Shown here piece by piece: positions 56,617 through 64,000 of a stretch of DNA of 64,000 bases. Every line of letters begins with the position of its first letter. Position 1 is the first letter of the stretch. Made by a program: the position numbers and the translations under genes. The notes beneath the pieces were generated by a model. The model was given only the letters and a program-made list of their open reading frames with translations. It did no database searches and was not told where the DNA came from. Source of the stretch: Nitrospinaceae bacterium (lineage in GTDB: Bacteria > Nitrospinota > Nitrospinia > Nitrospinales > Nitrospinaceae); contig OZ250172.1 of NCBI GenBank assembly GCA_965237905.1, forward strand, positions 2,720,001-2,784,000, read 5' to 3'.

Positions 56617-57789
56617 ATGAGTTTGACGGAACGAAAAATTAAATATTTGGAACCTGGTAAGAGCCGCCAGATTGTTTGGGATAATGGCGGATTTGGTGTC
56701 CAGGTGACTCCAGAGGGAGAAAAAAGTTTTGTTCTGGAATATCGCTTCAATGAGATGACCAAACTGATTACTCTCGGAATCTACCCGGATATGGACCTTG
56801 ATACGGCGAGACGGCAGGCGCTGTTGGCTATGGCAATGGTTATGGAAGGTAAGGATCCCGAGAAGGGACTTCCGGCGCCGAAAAAAAGCAAAGCCAAAGC
56901 CGATGCTCCTGTAAGCCAAACGCCGACTTTCGATCAAATTAGGGAAAAAGCTTCTGAGAAACTGGGCCAATTTAAAGGGAAAGCCTCCGAACAGTTCGAC
57001 AAGATCAAGGCTTCGGAGACACTGGACAAATTCAAAGTGAAGGCGGCTGCGAAACTGGATGAAATCAAGCAACGGGTTGAGAAAAAGATAACACACCCCC
57101 AGGTACAATCAAAACCGGCGGCGAATAAGATAATACCGCTTGATAAAAAAGCGAGAATCCCGCAAAAGAAAGCTAAAGCCCCGGCCAAAAAAGCAGAACC
57201 GGCGGCTCTGAAGGATACGTTTGGACGTATTCTCGATAAAAGCGAGCTTAAAACGTTGTGGTCCGGTCTACAAAACTCGGACATGCCTCCCACAAATCAA
57301 CTGGCTATAAAGTTGTTAATCATTACCGCGCAAAGATACGACGAGGTGATTCCTGCCCGGTGGGCGGACTTTGACATGGTGTCTAAATGGTGGACCATCC
57401 CGGAATCTTTCACCAAAAACGGGAAAAAGCATAAGGTCCCGCTAACCAATCTGGCCTCGGATCTTTTGAGAAAGATTAAGGAGTTGTCGGGAATGTCTGG
57501 AGTTTTATTCCCTGTGCCCGGAGGTGTAACCCCCATAGATTCCAAGGCACTGACTGAGGATATTCAGCGGGCTCAAGTCCGGTTTGGATTGAAACCGTTT
57601 ACTCTGCAGGATTTGCAGGATAGCGCGGTGTGTCAGATGCTCGATAACGGCATCCCGGAGGCCACCTTGTATAAATTGCTGAATGAAGACGAGCCGACAG
57701 TGTTTGGACAGGAAGGCGGGAAAGTTACTGACTCCGATTTGCGGAAGGCTCTTGAGAAACTGGAGAGACAATTGCCCAAAAGTTATTAA
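56617..57789 (+). CDS. Tyrosine-recombinase-derived protein: arm DNA-binding domain plus degenerate catalytic domain
   Basis: N-terminal P4-type arm domain (WD.GGFGVQVT..G.KSFVLEYR...ITLG.YP.M.L..AR). Box I R and K are retained; HxxR, the second H and Y are missing. Confidence 0.85.
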   Translation: MSLTERKIKYLEPGKSRQIVWDNGGFGVQVTPEGEKSFVLEYRFNEMTKLITLGIYPDMDLDTARRQALLAMAMVMEGKDPEKGLPAPKKSKAKADAPVSQTPTFDQIREKASEKLGQFKGKASEQFDKIKASETLDKFKVKAAAKLDEIKQRVEKKITHPQVQSKPAANKIIPLDKKARIPQKKAKAPAKKAEPAALKDTFGRILDKSELKTLWSGLQNSDMPPTNQLAIKLLIITAQRYDEVIPARWADFDMVSKWWTIPESFTKNGKKHKVPLTNLASDLLRKIKELSGMSGVLFPVPGGVTPIDSKALTEDIQRAQVRFGLKPFTLQDLQDSAVCQMLDNGIPEATLYKLLNEDEPTVFGQEGGKVTDSDLRKALEKLERQLPKSY

Positions 57790-57812
57790 GAACAAACCTA
57801 GTCTATAAAAAT

Positions 57813-57850
57813 AAAAAAAGGATCTGCAGGAAACCCTGTGGATCCTTTTT
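57813..57850. terminator. Bidirectional intrinsic terminator
   Basis: AAAAAAAGGATCTGCAGG-AAAC-CCTGTGGATCCTTTTT between convergent genes. Confidence 0.85.
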
Positions 57851-57889
57851 CTATAGGGATGGGTAATTAGAGGAATCTAGTGTTGGTTT

Positions 57890-58450
57890 TTACAGATGGC
57901 CGCTGGTTTTGACCTGGAAGCCTTCGACTTTGTCGAGCAGGAGTTGCTTGAGCTCCATCATTTTGGCCGCCTCGAGCAAGGCAGCTTTACCCTCATCTTT
58001 GATTTTGTTGAGACGCATATCGAGACGCGCCAGGTTGGTGAACAATGGCAGAAATTTGGCCATGTATTTCGCGCCTTCGTCGGTGATGTTGTTGTCGGAT
58101 AAAGTCAAACTGGTGAGACTGAGCAGATTGTCCGATACGGCCAGATACTTCACCCCCTCATTGCCGATGCTGTTGTAAAACAGGTTGAGCGATTTGAGGT
58201 TGACCAAATACTTTGACTGGGCTATGTATTTCACACCCTTGGCGCCCATCATGTTGGTGCCCAGTTCCAGCGTTTGCAAATCCTCCAGAAAATCCATGTT
58301 GGCAATGTCCTTCGAGCCGTATTCTTTGAGATACGCAGCAGTCAGGTCAAGAGTTTTGCCGTCCTTGCTGAGCTCGGACTTGACCAAGGCCACCGATTCC
58401 TCGAATCCTCGGTTTTGGCCTCTGGCTTCTTTGTTTAATGACATATCCAT
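57890..58450 (-). CDS. Leucine-rich repeat protein (RI/GALA-like)
   Basis: LxxLxLxxNxIxxxGxxxLA repeats. Confidence 0.88.
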   Translation of the reverse strand: MDMSLNKEARGQNRGFEESVALVKSELSKDGKTLDLTAAYLKEYGSKDIANMDFLEDLQTLELGTNMMGAKGVKYIAQSKYLVNLKSLNLFYNSIGNEGVKYLAVSDNLLSLTSLTLSDNNITDEGAKYMAKFLPLFTNLARLDMRLNKIKDEGKAALLEAAKMMELKQLLLDKVEGFQVKTSGHL

Positions 58451-58713
58451 AATAAATCAACATCCTCCATACACAAATCATGTGCTTCACCCCGGTCCAT
58501 TAGGGAACCTGTGGGCGGGGCATAGCCCTGTTTCTATTGATACCCGATCATACCTCTAAACCACCCAAAAGCTCAAGGAAAACCCAATTTTGGGCAACCG
58601 GAGCCTGCGAAATTTTGCAGGTGGGAAGCCTATTTTTTGATTTCCCCGGCCATTCTCTGCTATGATATCGCTGGTATTGTAACCCGAACAGTTCGAAAGT
58701 CAGGAGTTTTTTC

Positions 58714-59256
58714 ATGTCAGATATAACCCAGTCCGAGCTGGAAGTAAGCCTCGGCAACAACGTCATCGTGACCCAAATGACCCAGGCCGTCAACTGGGCG
58801 AGGAAATATTCCTTCTTTATATATCCCTTCATCACCGCTTGTTGCGGAATGGAGTTCATGTCAGCCGCCGGTCCACGTTACGATTTGGATCGGTTCGGTG
58901 CGGCGTTTCCGCGGTTTTCTCCACGTCAAGCGGATCTATTGATGGTGGTGGGGACGATCAGTCACAAACAGGCCCCGATTCTGGTCAAAGTGTACAACCA
59001 GATGGCGGAGCCGAAATGGGTGGTGGCGTACGGAGTCTGCACGGTTTCCGGCGGGTTCTACGACAACTACGCCACAGTCATGGGCATCGACACCTTGATT
59101 CCTGTCGACGTTTATATTCCCGGATGCCCGCCGCGTCCGGAAATGGTGATCGATGGGTTGATGAAATTGCAAGACAAGGTCCAGCAGGAAACTCTGGCAG
59201 ACCACGTCAAAGGTCCGGCACCGGTCACCCCACCCGAACGACTGGTCAACATTTAA
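58714..59256 (+). CDS. nuoB: NADH-quinone oxidoreductase subunit B (stand-alone)
   Basis: TACCGME, SPRQAD, QMAEPKWV, GVC and VDVYIPGCPPRPE motifs; AGGAG RBS. Confidence 0.96.
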   Translation: MSDITQSELEVSLGNNVIVTQMTQAVNWARKYSFFIYPFITACCGMEFMSAAGPRYDLDRFGAAFPRFSPRQADLLMVVGTISHKQAPILVKVYNQMAEPKWVVAYGVCTVSGGFYDNYATVMGIDTLIPVDVYIPGCPPRPEMVIDGLMKLQDKVQQETLADHVKGPAPVTPPERLVNI

Positions 59257-59436
59257 GTTTTTTCGCTTGGGAGGAATGGTGTTGCCCCATTCCTGGGACG
59301 ACCAGCGTGACGCTGGACCCGATTTGGCTTGGGCGGAATGGCGGGTTGCACCGTTATCTTCGCAGACCTAAGGTTTTTAAATTACCTGCGGAGGTTCTCC
59401 GCCGATTAATCGAGCAACTACAAAACAAAAAAATTG

Positions 59437-59476
59437 AGAACTCTCCGCTTTGGAATAAGCAGAGAGTTCTTTTTTT
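59437..59476 (+). terminator. Intrinsic terminator after nuoB
   Basis: AGAACTCTC-CGCTTTGGAATAAGCA-GAGAGTTCT-TTTTTT. Confidence 0.8.
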
Positions 59477-60002
59477 ATGGCCGCGACTCAGGTGCCGGCG
59501 CCACTCCTGCCAGATTTGAAGGTGGTCGAATCCCTTCTTTAAAAAAATAATTTTCTACAATTCCGGTTCTTTCGTCCACCAATAACCATAGTTTGTCAAA
59601 CCTCGTATCAATTTCGTCATACGTGGCCAAGAGTAAAAAATACATCAGATTCCTGCTTTCCGAAAAGTAAAAGTAATACACCCGATGGTATTTTGTAAAC
59701 TCAACTTCCGAAGCAAATAAGTCAAAAAAGGTATCCGATTCCACTACGGTGGACTTTCGGGGTACCCGGTACTCTTTGTCCGGGACGCTGGCTTTAGGGA
59801 TCATCACTATTTCACCGCGGGCGGAGATGGCCATGGGAACCCCGAACCACTCCAACGCGTCCCTTTTGCGGGTCTTTCCCGGTTGGATTTGAGCCACCCG
59901 GGCCGTTTTTATTTCCGTGCCGCTGTATTTAAAAAGAGTGAGACAGCCCGGCATAAAACATAAGGAGAGCCCCAACAGAATTCCTGCTATCCATAGCCGC
60001 AT
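59475..60002 (-). CDS. Hypothetical lipoprotein (SmpA/BamE-like pattern)
   Basis: MPGC lipobox; IQPGKTRKRDALEWFGVP; LWLLVDERTGIVENY. Confidence 0.7.
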   Translation of the reverse strand: MRLWIAGILLGLSLCFMPGCLTLFKYSGTEIKTARVAQIQPGKTRKRDALEWFGVPMAISARGEIVMIPKASVPDKEYRVPRKSTVVESDTFFDLFASEVEFTKYHRVYYFYFSESRNLMYFLLLATYDEIDTRFDKLWLLVDERTGIVENYFFKEGIRPPSNLAGVAPAPESRP

Positions 60003-60004
60003 TT

Positions 60005-60499
60005 TTATTCTTCCTCCCATTCCAGAAAGACATAATCTTCCACCCGCCCCGTTTTGCGGTTTACCAAGACCCACAGTTCGCTAAACTGCAAATCGCCTGC
60101 AGTCACGGGGAGACTTAATAGTATGCTTACTAAGGGAATGGAAATTCCGTTTATCTTTTCTTTCTCATTAAAATAGTAATAAACGACATGATGTTCAGAA
60201 ATGGGATGTCTTTCCAAAAAATATTTAAAAAAAACCTTGGCATCGACTTTCCGCATTTTCCCCGGGTCAGTTTCCAAAGAAGGGAGCGATACCACGCCAT
60301 CTTTCCTGGCCAGAATTCCTGGAGGACCCAACCATTCGAGAATATCCTTCCGGGTGGTTTTCCCCGACTCAATATTTTTTATCAGTCCTTTTTCAAGTGT
60401 CTGGTCGTGCTTAACCGAACCCCAAATACATCCCCCAATCGGGAACAGGATAACCAATGCCAGGACACCCAGCTTATTGAATTGAGATTTATATATCAT
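60005..60499 (-). CDS. Hypothetical lipoprotein, paralog of the neighbouring gene
   Basis: IGGC lipobox; IESGKTTRKDILEWLGPP; LWVLVNRKTGRVEDY. Confidence 0.7.
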   Translation of the reverse strand: MIYKSQFNKLGVLALVILFPIGGCIWGSVKHDQTLEKGLIKNIESGKTTRKDILEWLGPPGILARKDGVVSLPSLETDPGKMRKVDAKVFFKYFLERHPISEHHVVYYYFNEKEKINGISIPLVSILLSLPVTAGDLQFSELWVLVNRKTGRVEDYVFLEWEEE

Positions 60500-61112
60500 T
60501 AGAGCCCTTATTCTTGTTGGACGGCACACTTCCCGGTAAAGGGTCAATCCGTTTTCCATCCGCGAGACTTTTGAGAACTTTAAGGAAATCCCTGCCTGCC
60601 GCATCGGTAGCCAGTTTTACGTATTCCTGAAAATTATCCCAAAGAAAAACTACGGACGGATAACCTATGGTGTGCGTTGCAATTTTTTCGCCGGTTGTAA
60701 CGTCTATAAGCTGGATTAAAATTTTAACGGGAGATTTCGCTCTCTTCTCGGTTTCAACATCTCCCATAAACACCGCATCCGCTTCCAGAAGCCGGGCGGC
60801 CTGCCGGGCCTGTTCGATGGAAAATCCATTTTCCGGGACATTCATTCCTTTGTTGGCTATCTCGATTTCCGCTAAAGTGGGGGTTACAATTGAATAACGC
60901 GGTTGCTTTTGAAGGTAAAACGAAAACCATTCGGCAGAGGTCCTTCGGAATTTTTTATTGCCGGAAAAGGGTAGAACTACAATTTTTTTCCAGGAAGAAG
61001 GGGTAAAACTTTCATTAAGATCAAAGCGTTTGACCGTGACTCCCGGCTTGCTGCAACCGGAAAGAACGAAAAGGAATGCCAAAAATATATTCAAATGGAT
61101 TTTGCCCTGCAC
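60489..61112 (-). CDS. Hypothetical lipoprotein (CsgG/TolB-N-like fold possible)
   Basis: LSGC lipobox; KIVVLPFS...ADAVFMG...LIDVTTGE. Confidence 0.65.
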   Translation of the reverse strand: MQGKIHLNIFLAFLFVLSGCSKPGVTVKRFDLNESFTPSSWKKIVVLPFSGNKKFRRTSAEWFSFYLQKQPRYSIVTPTLAEIEIANKGMNVPENGFSIEQARQAARLLEADAVFMGDVETEKRAKSPVKILIQLIDVTTGEKIATHTIGYPSVVFLWDNFQEYVKLATDAAGRDFLKVLKSLADGKRIDPLPGSVPSNKNKGSNDI

Positions 61113-61172
61113 TCAAATCTCCTCTTTAATGTTCTTTACATTGTAATTTATGGGATTGGAAAAGTCTTTAGC

Positions 61173-62549
61173 TTATTGCAAAACGGCGAGTTCTTTTTTG
61201 ATGGTTGCCATCCAGGCGCGGGCGGCTTCTTTTTCTACCGGGGTGATGCCGGGAAGTTGGATCATGGTTTCAATACCTGTCACCTTTTGATTGACGTAAT
61301 CCGTCAGGGCCTGTGGGTTGTCGATGGCGAGGCGTATCGTACCTTTGTCATCCAGAAATCTTTTCTTCAGATAATGAAAGTACAGAGCGAGATGCTGGGC
61401 CGGGTCCTTCGGTCCCTTGCCGTATTGCAGATGCATCAGCGCTTCTTTACGGCGGTCGATGATGTACCCGAGCCGCGTGTTATCGTCTTTATTGAATTGC
61501 AGATCGAACACGTCAAACACCCAGGCTTTCGTTTCGGCACTTACGGTCAACTCCGGCAGAGGCAGGTGTTTCACTGCGGCGATTTCCAGCAATAAGGATC
61601 GTACACCGGTTCGTTCGCTCCAGTAGGCCGATTGCAAGGGGATCTGGCGGTTCAACCGGCTGACTTCTAGAAGAAGCGGTTCCATTTTAGCGATGGCTTG
61701 CGACAATCTCTGCAATGTGGTCTCATCAAACTCTTCGAGAAACCATTGTGTCTCACGCGGCACACTCGATTTCTCCCGGATGTTCCTTTTAAAATATGCG
61801 TTCAGAATCTGGTCCATGTCCGGGATGAAAAACGCTTCCAATACTTTTGCAAAATAAGGAAAGTTTAAAATCAGGAACCGGGGATCGGATCGGATATTGA
61901 GCCCGTATGCTTCCAGTTCGTTGACGTGACCCAGAAACGCTTGTGTAAGATGCAATGTTTCGTGCAGGTGCGTCGCTTCGCCGTAGGCTTTAGTGTCGAT
62001 CAGAATACTTCCGGGAGAGATGCGGATGGTATCGAACGTGGCGTGCGCCAATTGGCCGGGTTGGAGCAGGGCATCGGAATAGGGCTGAATGATGTACTGG
62101 CGGAGCGGGACCTTATTGCTTTCGGGGAGGGTTTTCTTGAGGCGGGCCAACACGCGCTTCATGCGTCCGGCTGCTTTTTGAATCAGTTGTTCCGGCTGGT
62201 GACATTTGCCACAGCCATAATTCTCAAATCCGGGAATGAGAAAAGCAGTGGTTCCGGTGCCTCCCACAGATTGCTCGACAACTATATTCTTTAGAGTTTC
62301 GCCAGTAATGAGGGGATCCTTTTTCGGCAAGTGCTGGGAGATCAGGGAATCGAGTTCGCCGAGTCCGATCCGGGGTTCAGCAAATACCCGATCCGGTCCG
62401 CCCATCCACAGGGCGGTTGTCAATGCGATCCAAGCCCCCAGTCCGGCTCCTGCCCGGAGGGGGAACGGGCTGACGGGTAACGGTGTGCAAGGCTCACGGG
62501 GCGCAATGCTGGATTTAGGTCCAGCGTTACGCTGGCCGGGCCCGCGCAT
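61173..62549 (-). CDS. Secreted protein with CxxCH heme-binding and HExxH...E motifs
   Basis: ATG at 62549 overlaps the upstream TGA; signal-like segment; CGKCH; HETLH...NELEA. Confidence 0.7.
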   Translation of the reverse strand: MRGPGQRNAGPKSSIAPREPCTPLPVSPFPLRAGAGLGAWIALTTALWMGGPDRVFAEPRIGLGELDSLISQHLPKKDPLITGETLKNIVVEQSVGGTGTTAFLIPGFENYGCGKCHQPEQLIQKAAGRMKRVLARLKKTLPESNKVPLRQYIIQPYSDALLQPGQLAHATFDTIRISPGSILIDTKAYGEATHLHETLHLTQAFLGHVNELEAYGLNIRSDPRFLILNFPYFAKVLEAFFIPDMDQILNAYFKRNIREKSSVPRETQWFLEEFDETTLQRLSQAIAKMEPLLLEVSRLNRQIPLQSAYWSERTGVRSLLLEIAAVKHLPLPELTVSAETKAWVFDVFDLQFNKDDNTRLGYIIDRRKEALMHLQYGKGPKDPAQHLALYFHYLKKRFLDDKGTIRLAIDNPQALTDYVNQKVTGIETMIQLPGITPVEKEAARAWMATIKKELAVLQ

Positions 62550-64000
62550 CAACCCCCCTTGGCGGTGGATGGGGTTCGTATGATGTTGAGCCTCTGCCAG
62601 ACGCTGACCACTTTGCGGCCGTTGCGGTCTTCCTTTTTGCCATCCCACACTGCGAAGGCGACCAACAGCGGTTCCTTTTTGTCAAAGACGGCGTCCCATT
62701 TTCCCGATACCGCAAACGTGCGGGTGAACACCACCGTCCACTCACCGTCTTTCCAAACACCCGTGCCCTCCACATTCTGGTACTCCCTCGGTTGAGGGGT
62801 GATGGTGCCGAACCCTTCGGAGTTGAGTTCTTCCACCGCATTTTGCTGCGTGGTGCCCAGTTTGGTGACAGGGTTGGACATTACGCCGCCGAAGATGAGT
62901 GCGTCCATATCGACCCCGCCGGTGGAATATTCGGAATCTTCCGAGGCCTCAAGCGTTTCTTCCAGGCCCGCCTTCCAGTGCCAGATGTTGACCGGTTTAC
63001 CGCGGTTGCCCATTCCAAAAAACGGCTCGTTGTGGCCGTGCGTGTGCAGGGTGACAGCTCCCAGCGCCAACTGCACCGCCACGCCGTCGGTGAACACGTC
63101 GGACCGGCCCTCCATGAATCCGTCCTTGGTCGGGTCCTTCCACTTAAGACGGATGGCCAGGACCTCACCGTTGTTGACGGAGGCGACGTTAATGATCTCA
63201 ATGGCCTCTCGCCGTGCCGACAAGGGACGCAGAATTAGGTTGGTGGATCGGGCTTTTTCCCAGACCGGGCTATCGGGATTGGTATCCAGCTCGTAGGGAA
63301 CGCGGTAGGACATCACATCGGTTTCAAATTCCCCCTTCTGGAATCCTTTTCTGAAATTGGAACGGGTGAAATGCACCAGGGCCCAACGGTCTTTTTCCGG
63401 GAGATGAACGTAGGAACCCATCGGCGTGCCGTCCAACCCGGTGGAAATCGTCCGGAAAATGTCCTTCGGCTCATACCCGGCTTTGAAGTAATTGGGATTG
63501 GTGATGTCATGCACGAACACCGCGTGCTTCCAGGCATCCATCAACGATTCGGCGAGGCGTCCGTCGCCTTGGCCGGTGGCGCCATGACAATCAACACATT
63601 TATGCTTAGTAAATAACTTTTTACCTTGGGCGATCAATGCCTTGGAAGAGGGGATGGATTTGACTTTCAAGCTTTTCTTCGGAGCTTCTTTACGGAAGCG
63701 GTCGGAAAAACTTTTGATCAGGTTGACCAGCGCCCAGGTGTCTTGTGGTGAGAGAGCGTCGCCCCAAGCCGGCATCGAGGTTCCCGGTACGCCGCGGATA
63801 ATGGTGCGGTACAAGTCTTCATCCCTGGGAAGCGTTCCCGTCGGGGTGGAGCGGAATTTGAAAATGCCTTTGCGGAAATCGCGCGGCCAGGGGTACAGGT
63901 AATCGGTCGCGGTACCGCCGCCATTGCCGTCGCGCCCGTGACAGTAAACGCACATATGAAGATAAATGTTGCGGCCCCGGTTTAACAAGGCCTGCGCTTT
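62549..64000 (-). CDS. c-type cytochrome (at least 2 hemes) fused to an ethylbenzene-dehydrogenase-gamma-like (EB_dh) domain; 5' end outside window
   Basis: CVYCH, PRDF...FKFRST and CVDCH; then W.D.T, D..AVQ, MG...PVNIWHWKA, W..G.W.VVF.R and AFAVWDG...R.G.K. Confidence 0.88.
   Translation of the reverse strand, partial: KAQALLNRGRNIYLHMCVYCHGRDGNGGGTATDYLYPWPRDFRKGIFKFRSTPTGTLPRDEDLYRTIIRGVPGTSMPAWGDALSPQDTWALVNLIKSFSDRFRKEAPKKSLKVKSIPSSKALIAQGKKLFTKHKCVDCHGATGQGDGRLAESLMDAWKHAVFVHDITNPNYFKAGYEPKDIFRTISTGLDGTPMGSYVHLPEKDRWALVHFTRSNFRKGFQKGEFETDVMSYRVPYELDTNPDSPVWEKARSTNLILRPLSARREAIEIINVASVNNGEVLAIRLKWKDPTKDGFMEGRSDVFTDGVAVQLALGAVTLHTHGHNEPFFGMGNRGKPVNIWHWKAGLEETLEASEDSEYSTGGVDMDALIFGGVMSNPVTKLGTTQQNAVEELNSEGFGTITPQPREYQNVEGTGVWKDGEWTVVFTRTFAVSGKWDAVFDKKEPLLVAFAVWDGKKEDRNGRKVVSVWQRLNIIRTPSTAKGG

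Noticed and set aside
56526..57890. Prophage or integrative element at the integrase-like gene
   Set aside because: No att repeats, tRNA, or phage/conjugation genes; catalytic residues absent.

Overview
Chromosomal window from a nitrite-oxidising Nitrospinaceae-like bacterium. The taxonomy rests on a 16S segment matching the recalled Nitrospina FISH probe Ntspn693, futalosine-pathway genes, nirA/nirC and Nitrospina/Nitrospira-type cytochromes. Most of the window is core genome: mutL 3' end, dNK-panBCD, glgA, coaBC, copA, apbE, a ClC-CBS protein, rpe, tatA, a complex I operon lacking nuoB/D/E/F/G (nuoB stands alone 30 kb away), a complete minus-strand rRNA operon (16S-tRNA-Ile-tRNA-Ala-23S-5S), mqnP/mqnE, cheY/cheB and nirA-nirC. 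The most notable observations are: (1) an ArfA-like ribosome-rescue ORF lacking the GKG motif, with a 14-bp hairpin inside its 3' coding region; (2) a tyrosine integrase missing key catalytic residues, with its core-binding domain replaced by amphipathic repeats; (3) a pan-motif hairpin with terminator and antiterminator overlapping the upstream stop codon; (4) a ClC with Val at the gating glutamate; (5) a secreted protein carrying both heme-c and HExxH motifs, coupled to an NxrC-like cytochrome; (6) several pseudogene-like lesions. All calls come from reading motifs by eye; no database searches or folding calculations were run.
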